Positions 8,675 to 17,127 of a stretch of 34,024 bases of DNA are shown piece by piece. Each line of letters opens with the position of its first letter. Within the stretch, counting starts at the first letter, position 1. Position numbers and translations under genes: made by a program. The notes under the pieces are model-generated. The model did no database searches. It saw nothing but the letters and a program-made list of their open reading frames with translations, and was not told the origin of the DNA. Source of the stretch: Candidatus Aerophobota bacterium (GTDB taxonomy: Bacteria > Aerophobota > Aerophobia > Aerophobales > B3-G15); contig JAGGZA010000044.1 of the NCBI GenBank assembly GCA_021162265.1, forward strand, positions 1 through 34,024, in the 5' to 3' direction.

Positions 8675-9357
8675 TAATTTCCCTGTCCTAAAATTTTTAT
8701 AATCTCCTCAAGTTCCAGAAGGGAAAAGATTGTATAATTTGCCTCATAAGGAGGAGAGACTCTCAAATTCTTATACTCGCCCTTTTTCCTTTTTATTCTA
8801 ACTGTAATTACACCCAGCTTTTTTGCAGCGAAGAAATCCTTCAGGGGATTATCTCCCACGTAAATGGTATTTTCTGTTTTCACCCTTAGTAGAGAAAGAG
8901 TCCTCTTAAAGGAATCCTCATTTTTCTTAGATAAACCTTTCTCAATATCATTTATGGTGATAACTTCAAAAAAGTCTCTTATGCCCAGCGCAGAAATTTT
9001 ATTCCTCTGCGTAGCAGGATAACCATCTGTTATAAGACCGAGTTTTAACCCACAGGATCTCAAGTTTTTCAGAATCACCTTTGCATCAGGATAAAGTGAA
9101 ATTAAAGGTAAATGCTCTCTGTAGATTTTTATAAGATTTTCCACAGGTTCTTTTATACTTAACTTTTTGAGCAAGACATCAAAGTTTTTTCTTCTTAATC
9201 CTCCATCAAAGTCATCTCTTAAAATTTTAAATACTCTATCAGAATTTATCTTGTATTTTCTGGAAAGATACTCTGCGGTTTTTCTAAAACCACTTACTAT
9301 AAACTTTTTTTCCTCGTATAAGGTATCGTCCAGATCAAAAAGAACCGCTTTTATCAT
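8674..9357 (-). CDS. HAD-superfamily hydrolase (phosphatase)
   Basis: FDLDDTLY, LITDG, YVGDNPLKDF. Confidence 0.9.
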   Translation of the reverse strand: MIKAVLFDLDDTLYEEKKFIVSGFRKTAEYLSRKYKINSDRVFKILRDDFDGGLRRKNFDVLLKKLSIKEPVENLIKIYREHLPLISLYPDAKVILKNLRSCGLKLGLITDGYPATQRNKISALGIRDFFEVITINDIEKGLSKKNEDSFKRTLSLLRVKTENTIYVGDNPLKDFFAAKKLGVITVRIKRKKGEYKNLRVSPPYEANYTIFSLLELEEIIKILGQGN

Positions 9358-10508
9358 TTTATTAAAAAATTATCCTCCAGCATTCTCATAATACGCCCTG
9401 AAGTATCCCCGTCTCCGTAAGGATTCACACAGGAGTTTGCTCTTTCAATAAACTCCTCGTCAAACACCGCTCTTTTAATAGCTTCAATAATCTCTTCTTT
9501 TTTGCACCTGACATCAATCACATTCATAGCTCTCTCTCTACCCTTCTGCCTTTCGCCAATATTAACTACAGGCAAACCAAACGAAGCAGCTTCAATTAAT
9601 CCAGCACTGGAATTACCAACCATAACACTGGCTAAATTCATCAGTCCCAGATATAATTTATAAGGAATGTGACGGTGAATTTGAACAAAAGGAAATTTCG
9701 CATACTTTCTGATAACCTTTATAATTCTTCTTCCTCCCGCATCTGCATTAGGATAGGTAATTATAACCTGAGCTCTTTCAGGACCAATTACTTCCTCACA
9801 AAAGCCAACTACACTTTCACAGATAGTTTCCATATTATCTTCCGATTCCTCAATTTTCTCTGTCACGGGATGGTACGAAACCAAAATTAAAGGACTGGAA
9901 ATTCTAATACCAAGTTTTTGAGCAACATCCCCGGGTTCTGAAAAGTCTTTCTTCCTGATGGCCTCAAGATCAGGTGCTCCCACAATATAGGTCTTTAAAG
10001 GATCAGCACCTATGGAAATTACTCGCTCAAAACATCTTTTGCTGGCAACAAAATGAAAATCAGAAAAAACGGTAATAGCATCACGTATATAGTCATCTAT
10101 AGAACCTGATAAATACCCCCCACCAATATGAGCTATGGGAATATTCAGATGCCTGCAAGCTATAGCACCTGCCAGCATTTCACCTCTATCTCCAAGAAGA
10201 AGTGTTAAATCTGGAGCAATTTTTTCTATAGATTGTGTAATCCCAACAATCCCAATTCCAAACGACTTTGCCATTGCGCTCCCTTCATCACCACACAGAA
10301 GCATGTCCACTCTTTCATCCACGTGGAATTTTTCTTCTACTTCCTTAATTGTATATCCGAACTCAGGAGTTAAATGCATAGAAGTTGCTATAATGTGCAG
10401 TTTAAAATAGGGATGGTCCTTGATGGCTTTAAGTATATAATATGCTCTACCAAAATCAGCTCTGGAACCAGTAATATATAATATCTTCTTTATCGCAGAT
10501 TTCCTCAT
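9354..10508 (-). CDS. neuC: hydrolysing UDP-GlcNAc/NDP-bacillosamine 2-epimerase (NeuC/LegG-like)
   Basis: ITGSRADFG, MHL, LGDRGEMLA, YHPVT, YPNADAG, GNSSAGLIEA, NIGERQKGRE, NPYGDG. Confidence 0.88.
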   Translation of the reverse strand: MRKSAIKKILYITGSRADFGRAYYILKAIKDHPYFKLHIIATSMHLTPEFGYTIKEVEEKFHVDERVDMLLCGDEGSAMAKSFGIGIVGITQSIEKIAPDLTLLLGDRGEMLAGAIACRHLNIPIAHIGGGYLSGSIDDYIRDAITVFSDFHFVASKRCFERVISIGADPLKTYIVGAPDLEAIRKKDFSEPGDVAQKLGIRISSPLILVSYHPVTEKIEESEDNMETICESVVGFCEEVIGPERAQVIITYPNADAGGRRIIKVIRKYAKFPFVQIHRHIPYKLYLGLMNLASVMVGNSSAGLIEAASFGLPVVNIGERQKGRERAMNVIDVRCKKEEIIEAIKRAVFDEEFIERANSCVNPYGDGDTSGRIMRMLEDNFLIK

Positions 10509-11554
10509 TCTATTTTTTCAGTCAAAACCAGCTCATCTTTCTCTATATCCTGCTTAGCCTTTCTGCCAACGATAAAACCAATGTACCTGGGCTCAATTCC
10601 TGTTCCCGGTCTTTTAATAGCTAACATATCTCCTCTAATAACAGCCCCTCGAGGAATATAACTTTTTGCCACTATACTTTTTCTTACAAGTTTTTTAATC
10701 TCCTCTTCTTTTATTGTTGGTCTTTTTATCCCATCTCCCAGAGCTTTTTCCGTTTCTCTTATAAAATCTATCATCCTTTTAAGTTCCCCGGGTTCAAGAG
10801 AAGCCCTGTGGTCAGGTCCTGGTAGATTTCTGTCTAAGGTAAAGTGCTTTTCAACAACGCATGCTCCAAGGGAAAAGGCAACAGCAGGAATAACAAGACT
10901 TAGCGTATGGTCCGAAAAACCAACGGGAAAACCAAATGCATATCTTAAAGTTCGCAATACATTTAAATTAGCCTCTTCTGGGTATGCCGGGTAATCTGTT
11001 ACGCAGTGAAGAATAACAATATCCTCAACTCCCTCATTTTTGATGATATTAACAGCCTCCTCCACTTCTCCAAGCTTTGCCATTCCTGTGGATAAAATGA
11101 TTGGCTTTTTCTTCTTCGCTATGTGTCTTAAGAAAGGAAGATTTGTTATCTCGCCGGATGGAATTTTAAAAGCTGGAACATCCAGCTCATAGAGCATGTC
11201 AACACTTTCCATATCAAAAGGGGAGGATAAGAATACAATATTCTTCTCTCCTGCATAATCCGAAAGTTCCTTAAAGTCTTCTTTTTTTAGTTCCAGTTTT
11301 TTTATCATTTCATATTGAGATTCCTCGTAATCTCCATCACTTTTCTGATAACCTGCCTTTTTAGCATTCTTTGTTAAAACATTTTCAGCTTTAAAAGTCT
11401 GGAATTTAACTGCATCTGCACCTGCATCTTTAGCAACATCGATCATTTTTTTAGCCAGATCAAGACTTCCATTATGATTTACACCTGCTTCTGCTATAAT
11501 AAAGCAGGATTTTGTCTCTCCAATTAACCTGGTACCTATTTTAACTTCTCTCAT
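10505..11554 (-). CDS. neuB: nonulosonic acid synthase with C-terminal SAF domain (NeuB/LegI-like)
   Basis: FIIAEAGVNHNG, AVKFQTF, KIPSGEITN, GFSDHT, EKHFTLDRNLPGPDH, KRPGTGI. Confidence 0.93.
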   Translation of the reverse strand: MREVKIGTRLIGETKSCFIIAEAGVNHNGSLDLAKKMIDVAKDAGADAVKFQTFKAENVLTKNAKKAGYQKSDGDYEESQYEMIKKLELKKEDFKELSDYAGEKNIVFLSSPFDMESVDMLYELDVPAFKIPSGEITNLPFLRHIAKKKKPIILSTGMAKLGEVEEAVNIIKNEGVEDIVILHCVTDYPAYPEEANLNVLRTLRYAFGFPVGFSDHTLSLVIPAVAFSLGACVVEKHFTLDRNLPGPDHRASLEPGELKRMIDFIRETEKALGDGIKRPTIKEEEIKKLVRKSIVAKSYIPRGAVIRGDMLAIKRPGTGIEPRYIGFIVGRKAKQDIEKDELVLTEKIE

Positions 11555-12248
11555 CTTTACTACTCCTTACCAAAGCCTCTGCAAAGATAAAGTCAAGTTT
11601 ATCATCTATATCAATACTCTCTTCTAACCTCATAAGATAGGGTAATGTTATGCTATTGTAATAATTTAAGCCATCTTTCAACTTATCTGGAGTATAAATA
11701 AATATTGCTCCATTTAAAAGATACGTTTTTGGCAAATCCTGTCTTCTCTTTTCTGGATAATAATGTTCCAAAACGGGTTTTAGATGATCCTCCTCAATAG
11801 TAAAACACCAATAAGGAGGCTTCTTGGTCTCGCAAACACTTACAACAAAATCGCATCTTCTTGTGAGAAACAGTCTTATCGCCTCATCTATATGATGAGC
11901 TTTACGAAAAGGAGAGGTAGGTTGCAGAAGAACTATTATATCTGGCTCATAATTTTCTTTTTCAAGCTTGCTTAAAGCGTCCAAAACAACATAAGATGTA
12001 GGAATGTCATCACCTGCAAGTTCTCTTGACCTTTCTATTACCTTCGCACCGTACCTCTTCGCAAGCCTGCCTATTACTGCGCTATCTGTAGAAACCACAA
12101 CCTTGTTTAAAAAACGCGACTTTAGAGCTTCACTAATGGTATAGAATATCAAAGGTTTACCATTTAAAAATCTTACATTTTTTCTCGGAACACCCTTTGA
12201 ACCACCTCGAGCAGGAATAATACCTAAAATATTCTTGACCATTCTCAT
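11541..12248 (-). CDS. neuA: CMP-nonulosonic acid synthetase (NeuA/LegF/PseF-like)
   Basis: IIPARGGSKGVPRKN, LLQPTSPFR, RRQDLP, NGAIFI, SIDIDD. Confidence 0.93.
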   Translation of the reverse strand: MRMVKNILGIIPARGGSKGVPRKNVRFLNGKPLIFYTISEALKSRFLNKVVVSTDSAVIGRLAKRYGAKVIERSRELAGDDIPTSYVVLDALSKLEKENYEPDIIVLLQPTSPFRKAHHIDEAIRLFLTRRCDFVVSVCETKKPPYWCFTIEEDHLKPVLEHYYPEKRRQDLPKTYLLNGAIFIYTPDKLKDGLNYYNSITLPYLMRLEESIDIDDKLDFIFAEALVRSSKDERS

Positions 12249-13513
12249 AAAAGGTTCTCCTTTCTTAAAAGATCTTTTATCTGCTTCTTGCTTAAAAAAC
12301 TTCCCTTCTCGGAAGTATAGTGGTTGTTTCCGGTTGAAATATAAGTATCAGGATATGAGTATTTCCCGTTCCCGGATCTGAAAGGAGGAAGAATAATGTA
12401 CATATCCTTCCCTTCAAGCGATCTTCTCTCTTCATCCCCTGTCATCAACTCCTCGTAAAATTTCTCACCAGGTTTTGTTCCAATTTCCTTAATTCCATTA
12501 TTGAAACCCAGGATATCCTCTATTGTCTCCACAAGATCAACAATTCTGACAGCAGGCATCTTGGGAACAAAAACTTCACCTCCCTTAGCCAGAAAACTTG
12601 CTTTAAAGATAAAATCCACAGCTTCATTTAAAGACATCACAAACCTCGTCATCTTCTTACTTGTGAGAGTAACCTGCTTTCCTTCTAAAAGCTGATTCTT
12701 AAACAGAGGAATAACAGATCCTCTTGAACCTAAAACATTGCCAAATCTTACAGTGGCAAATACTGTTCTTCTTTTCCCCTTGTAATAATTTGCTGCAGTA
12801 AAAAGTTTTTCAGCCATAAGTTTTGTGGCTCCCATAGTACTTGTAGGATTTACTGCTTTATCAGTTGATGTAAAGATAACCTTTTCTGCATCTACCTTTA
12901 AAGCAGCATTTATTACATTCTGAGAACCATAAACATTGGTATTAATTGCCTCAAAGGGATTATACTCGCATGAGGTAACATGTTTTAAGGCTGCAAGATG
13001 GAAGACAATATCAACTTCCTCCATAGCCATTTCCAGTCTCTTTGCATCCCTTACATCTCCAATAAAAAATCTTAAATTACCTGCATTATCAAATTCTTCA
13101 GCCATTTCAAATTGCTTTGTCTCATCTCTACTGTAAATCCGAACTACCAGGGGATTCAAACAAAGAAGTCTTCTCGTAAGTTCTCTTCCCACTGTTCCTG
13201 TCCCACCTGTAATTAATATCCTTTTCCCCTGGAAATAATTTCCCTCCCCGGGAAAACTTTTATCCTTTTTTAATTTATTACCATTACCTCCAAGAATTTT
13301 TTTTGCTCCCTTTATAGTATAACCTTTCTCCTTCACAAGTTCCTTTATCTTTAAAAGTATCTTTAAGTCATCCTCTCTGTATCTTCTGTGCATGCCTTTG
13401 CTTCTATAGGGATTGAGAAAATCACCAAACTCCTTTTCCCAGTATCTAAGGGTATAGGGCTTCACTCCTATTCTTCGACATAGTTCTCCTATGCTGATAA
13501 AACCACTATTCAT
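12245..13513 (-). CDS. MerR-type HTH fused to UDP-GlcNAc 4,6-dehydratase (Polysacc_synt_2)
   Basis: N-terminal ISIGELCRRIGVKPYTLRYWEKEF...RRYREDDL...GYTIKGAK, then ITGGTGTVG, HLAALKHV, STDKAVNP, MGATK, RFGNVLGSRGSV. Start moved to ATG 13513 (GGGAG RBS) because the track's 13582 start lies upstream of the sigma28 promoter; ATG 13534 is an alternative. Confidence 0.88.
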   Translation of the reverse strand: MNSGFISIGELCRRIGVKPYTLRYWEKEFGDFLNPYRSKGMHRRYREDDLKILLKIKELVKEKGYTIKGAKKILGGNGNKLKKDKSFPGEGNYFQGKRILITGGTGTVGRELTRRLLCLNPLVVRIYSRDETKQFEMAEEFDNAGNLRFFIGDVRDAKRLEMAMEEVDIVFHLAALKHVTSCEYNPFEAINTNVYGSQNVINAALKVDAEKVIFTSTDKAVNPTSTMGATKLMAEKLFTAANYYKGKRRTVFATVRFGNVLGSRGSVIPLFKNQLLEGKQVTLTSKKMTRFVMSLNEAVDFIFKASFLAKGGEVFVPKMPAVRIVDLVETIEDILGFNNGIKEIGTKPGEKFYEELMTGDEERRSLEGKDMYIILPPFRSGNGKYSYPDTYISTGNNHYTSEKGSFLSKKQIKDLLRKENLL

Positions 13514-13541
13514 TGAATTCTCCCGAGAGCTCATTATTTTT

Positions 13542-13568
13542 TTATCGGCAAAACAATAAATTACTTTA
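13542..13568 (-). promoter_or_regulatory. sigma28 promoter of the glycosylation operon
   Basis: Minus strand TAAA-N15-GCCGATAA. Confidence 0.85.
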
Positions 13569-13626
13569 ACTTTATAATGCAAAATTTATACCGGATTATT
13601 CTATCCTGATTTTCTTCAGGAAATAC

Positions 13627-13655
13627 TTGATAACCTGACATGCTTTTGGTATAAT
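13627..13655 (+). promoter_or_regulatory. sigma70-type promoter
   Basis: TTGATA-N17-TATAAT with extended -10 TG; GGAG RBS before ATG 13683. Confidence 0.75.
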
Positions 13656-13682
13656 ACAGAAAAGAAAAATACGGAGAAAGAT

Positions 13683-14045
13683 ATGGGAGTTTATGAAAAT
13701 GTAAAAAAAGCCTTACAGGACATTGTGGCACCAGAATTACAATCCTTACGGGGAGAGATTAAAAGGCTTGATGAGAAGATAGATTCGTTGAGAGAGATTG
13801 AGATTAAAAGGCTTGATGAGAAGATAGATTCGTTGAGAGAGATTGAGATTAAAAGGCTTGATGAGAAGATAGATTCTCAGTCAAGGGGAATTAATGACAG
13901 GATAAATTCTCTGCGAAATGAAATTTTATCAGAGATAAAAAGATTGGATGGAAAGATAGACTCACTTGATTCTCATTTACGGATAGCAATTGATATTCGT
14001 GAAAGACTGGCTAAAGTTGAGGCAAAATTTGCCGGCAGTTCTTAA
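13683..14045 (+). CDS. coiled-coil repeat protein of unknown function
   Basis: Repeated EIKRLDEKIDS units; own promoter and RBS. Confidence 0.8.
   Translation: MGVYENVKKALQDIVAPELQSLRGEIKRLDEKIDSLREIEIKRLDEKIDSLREIEIKRLDEKIDSQSRGINDRINSLRNEILSEIKRLDGKIDSLDSHLRIAIDIRERLAKVEAKFAGSS
13755..13876 (+). repeat. perfect 45-bp tandem repeat, about 2.7 copies
   Basis: Unit GAGATTAAAAGGCTTGATGAGAAGATAGATTCGTTGAGAGAGATT starts at 13755, 13800 and 13845 (partial). Confidence 0.95.
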
Positions 14046-14080
14046 TAAATCTTAATGAATTCTTTGGTGTCTCAGGTAAA

Positions 14081-14110
14081 AAGAGTTTTGCTTTAAAATA
14101 GCAAACTCTT
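14081..14110. terminator. hairpin between convergent genes, likely terminator
   Basis: AAGAGTTTTGCT-TTAAAAT-AGCAAACTCTT (one bulge); A-run on the left gives a U-tail on the minus strand. Confidence 0.6.
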
Positions 14111-14163
14111 AGAAAACTCCCTGATTATGTAAGAAAAATAACACTCTAAAAAATAAGTCTTTG

Positions 14164-16104
14164 TTATGAATAAAGTTTACACAGGGCTGCAAAGGAAAGT
14201 TCGAAGTTATTAATTAATTTTTCGGTCCCCTTTTTTACTCCATCGTAAAATATTCCAACCTTCTCTACCTGATTAAACAATTTCTTTCTTTTGGAAAGTT
14301 TATCCAGCCTCAGGTTTGCTTTTCTCTGTGCAAGGTAAAGATGAGAATACATTTCATCCTCGAGAAAGGAGCGGATATAAGATTCTACCTTCATAATTTT
14401 TTCTTCCAGTTGATTAGACTCTCTTGCCAGATTTTTCAATTCTTGATGATTTGAATATCTTTGTCTGAGCTCTCTTTGCAGTCTTCTTATTACCTTTTGC
14501 CCTTCACCTGCATAAAAATTAATTTCTTTCAATCTCCTTATAACCTTTTCCATCTCTTCCTTTAATTCCTCTAAATTAACTTTTTCTCTAATTCTGGACG
14601 CCTCTTCCAGAATTTCTCTCACTTCAAATTCTTCCTGGCAGTACTTATCAATTACCTCCCTCAAAGTCATTATCTCAGTTCCTTCTATTTTAGCTCCTCC
14701 TTCTGTAGCATCTATACATTTTGCCTTTGTCAGACTAATTATTCTCTCAAAATAAACAAGATAAGAGTACATATCCATAGTTGTTGGGATGTCTCTCCCA
14801 TAAATATCCTTGACCATCACTAAATCCCTGCCAATCCACTTTCCATCGTTACTTCTTATAAGAAGGTACTTTCTACCTGTTCTTTTATCTATACCAATGG
14901 CTATCCTTTTCCGGGGAAGAGCTCCTTCTGCATGAGTAAACCCACCCGGATAACAGAGATCCTGTCCTGTAAGAATAATAGGGTCTGCTCCTAAAGCTCT
15001 TGCAAGAGAAAAAGCAGTATGAGCTACACTTGCTCCTTTCTCTAAAAAACCTTTATCTTCTACGAAGTTATTTAACCATCTGGCAATGGGTTTATGAATG
15101 TTAATAATAAATTTCTTACCTTTAAAATCAGACAGAACATCTGGATAGACCTCAGGATCTGCAGCAAGAAAAAGGTTTTCTGTTCTCTCCATAACCCCAT
15201 CAAAAAGATTTCTAACTCCTACTCCATAATCAATACTAACCACTATATGAGGTTCTATCTGATGCTCAAGTAGCGTTCTTAAAGCAGCATCAACACAGAT
15301 AATTAAGGCTTTATTCTCTACTTCTTTGAGAAGATGAACATTTTTATTTAAAGAGGGACCGGCGGCAACGCAGATAGCAGGTTTATTTTTAAACTTTCCA
15401 AAAAGATTCTTTATTCCCGGATTACTTATAACCTGAGGGATATTGGTAAGTATATTTCTCTGGAAAGTTCCACCTTTTGCAATGTTTGTTGTTAAATTTG
15501 TCCTTGACCAAAATATAGTATCATGAATTGATTTTTTTACCTCATCACCTCTTTTATCCAGGAGATTAAAAGAAGGATTATGAAAAACTATAGAGGTCTT
15601 CCCGGTTAAAAAAGTTTCTCCCACAGGAAGCAATTTTCCCTTTATATTTAAAGGGCTATCTTCCACTATTAACTTCACCCTGGGAGAAGAAAACAGAGGA
15701 GAAAGGTCCAGAAGGCTAAGAGCAAGTTTAAAGAAAGATGGTTGTGGTTCTATCACTATTACTAATTTAATCCAGGGATAGTTATCGATAATTTCTTTCA
15801 CATGATACCCCAGACCAAATCCCACAACTATCAGAAAAAGAGTATCTTCCAGGTCATAACCTCTAATAAAGTTCTTAGCCTCTCTAAAAGGATCGTAGGC
15901 ACTGTGCAAAAGAACCTGCTGACCGCTACCCTTTTTTACTCTGAGAGTGGGAACACCTGCCTTTGTCTTAATAATCTCTACATTTTTGGGGAAAGGAATC
16001 CCATCCAGCTTCTTAACAAGCTCCAGATTACCTTTTTCTTTTAGCAGGGAAATATTTTTAAAATAAAACCCATTTTTTTCTGATGGTAAAAAACTTTTAT
16101 CCAT
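14164..16104 (-). CDS. maf: motility-associated factor (Maf) flagellin glycosyltransferase, MAF_flag10/DUF115
   Basis: LHSAYDPFREA, GFGLGYH, AAGPSLNKN, SVAH...LGADPIILTGQDL, IDATEGGAKIEG; lies between fliS and the neu genes. Confidence 0.88.
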   Translation of the reverse strand: MDKSFLPSEKNGFYFKNISLLKEKGNLELVKKLDGIPFPKNVEIIKTKAGVPTLRVKKGSGQQVLLHSAYDPFREAKNFIRGYDLEDTLFLIVVGFGLGYHVKEIIDNYPWIKLVIVIEPQPSFFKLALSLLDLSPLFSSPRVKLIVEDSPLNIKGKLLPVGETFLTGKTSIVFHNPSFNLLDKRGDEVKKSIHDTIFWSRTNLTTNIAKGGTFQRNILTNIPQVISNPGIKNLFGKFKNKPAICVAAGPSLNKNVHLLKEVENKALIICVDAALRTLLEHQIEPHIVVSIDYGVGVRNLFDGVMERTENLFLAADPEVYPDVLSDFKGKKFIINIHKPIARWLNNFVEDKGFLEKGASVAHTAFSLARALGADPIILTGQDLCYPGGFTHAEGALPRKRIAIGIDKRTGRKYLLIRSNDGKWIGRDLVMVKDIYGRDIPTTMDMYSYLVYFERIISLTKAKCIDATEGGAKIEGTEIMTLREVIDKYCQEEFEVREILEEASRIREKVNLEELKEEMEKVIRRLKEINFYAGEGQKVIRRLQRELRQRYSNHQELKNLARESNQLEEKIMKVESYIRSFLEDEMYSHLYLAQRKANLRLDKLSKRKKLFNQVEKVGIFYDGVKKGTEKLINNFELSFAALCKLYS

Positions 16105-16105
16105 C

Positions 16106-16726
16106 TTAGTTCATTTGATACTTTAACATATTAATAATTTCTCCTACCAGTTTTCTCTCCTCCCTTATACGAGGAGCAAGTTCATATTCCAGGACATCCG
16201 CTAAAGTTAAAAGATCATTATCCTTAATAGCTCTTTTTGCCTCTTTTAAAAATTGTACAATTTTCTCTACTTTCCAAAGGACATTCCTTTCAAGAAAAAT
16301 CTTTGTATAATCCAGAGCAAAAATTTTCTCTATTTTCTCCAGAACTTCATTTGCCTCATCCCATAAACCAATACATCTTTCTAACAATGAAAAGGCACTT
16401 TTGTGATTTCCCTTTTGAATCAGGAGGCTTACCTTTTCCACCTCCTTTGCTATCTCAGGAAGGTAACTTTTTATCTCTTCCAGGGAATTAATAGCCCATT
16501 GCCACAAATTGGCAGTATAAAGTTCCAGAGTTTTAAATTCGCTTACCTTCTTGTTAAAGAGAATTTTTTTGTCCTCTTCTGAAAGAGATTTGCCTTCAAG
16601 TCTCACCTGAATCACCACTCTCTTATTTTCATTTATCCAGCTTTCCAATTGCACAAGAAGCTCCCCCAATGTTTCATCTTCTTCAGGTATAACAAGGTCC
16701 TCGTACCCGTCAATTATTATCTTCAT
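16106..16726 (-). CDS. hypothetical helical protein between fliS and maf
   Basis: 206-aa ORF coupled to both neighbours; C-terminal DLLTLADVLEYEL motif recalled from Maf-adjacent proteins. Confidence 0.75.
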   Translation of the reverse strand: MKIIIDGYEDLVIPEEDETLGELLVQLESWINENKRVVIQVRLEGKSLSEEDKKILFNKKVSEFKTLELYTANLWQWAINSLEEIKSYLPEIAKEVEKVSLLIQKGNHKSAFSLLERCIGLWDEANEVLEKIEKIFALDYTKIFLERNVLWKVEKIVQFLKEAKRAIKDNDLLTLADVLEYELAPRIREERKLVGEIINMLKYQMN

Positions 16727-17096
16727 TTACTACCTCCGCAGCCTTAATCCAGGCTTCTCTTAACGGTTTAATAAGCGAAAGAACCTCTTCTACAATCTGA
16801 GCATTTTTTTCAATATTAGCCTGGACTAACCTCTCGTAGATATACTCATACAGATTGTATAAACCCATGGCTACTTCCCCTACATCGACATTTAACGAAC
16901 ACATTAATTCTCTGATAATCTTCTGTGTTTTTAACAACAGTCTGTTACTTTGTTCTATGTCCTTGATTTTTATCTTTGTGATTGCCATTTTCAAACACTT
17001 TACTGCCTCATCATAAAGAAGAATAATCAATTTCTCCGGAGGACTTGTTTGAATCTCTACCTCGCGATACTTCCTTAAAATCTCAACTTGCTTCAT
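16710..17096 (-). CDS. fliS: flagellin export chaperone FliS
   Basis: QTSPPEKLIILLYD, ELMCSLN, LYNLYEY, LREAW. Confidence 0.93.
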   Translation of the reverse strand: MKQVEILRKYREVEIQTSPPEKLIILLYDEAVKCLKMAITKIKIKDIEQSNRLLLKTQKIIRELMCSLNVDVGEVAMGLYNLYEYIYERLVQANIEKNAQIVEEVLSLIKPLREAWIKAAEVVNEDNN

Positions 17097-17127
17097 ATCT
17101 TCACCCCTTTTGATTTATCTTCTGGTC

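Noticed and set aside
5529-13513. Calling the sugar operon a pseudaminic acid (pseBCFGHI) pathway
   Set aside because: PseG and PseH are absent, a NeuC-type hydrolysing epimerase is present, and the dehydratases have MGATK rather than the PseB YGATK
13755-13876. Possible CRISPR array
   Set aside because: Head-to-tail repeats with no spacers, in frame within a CDS, and no cas genes
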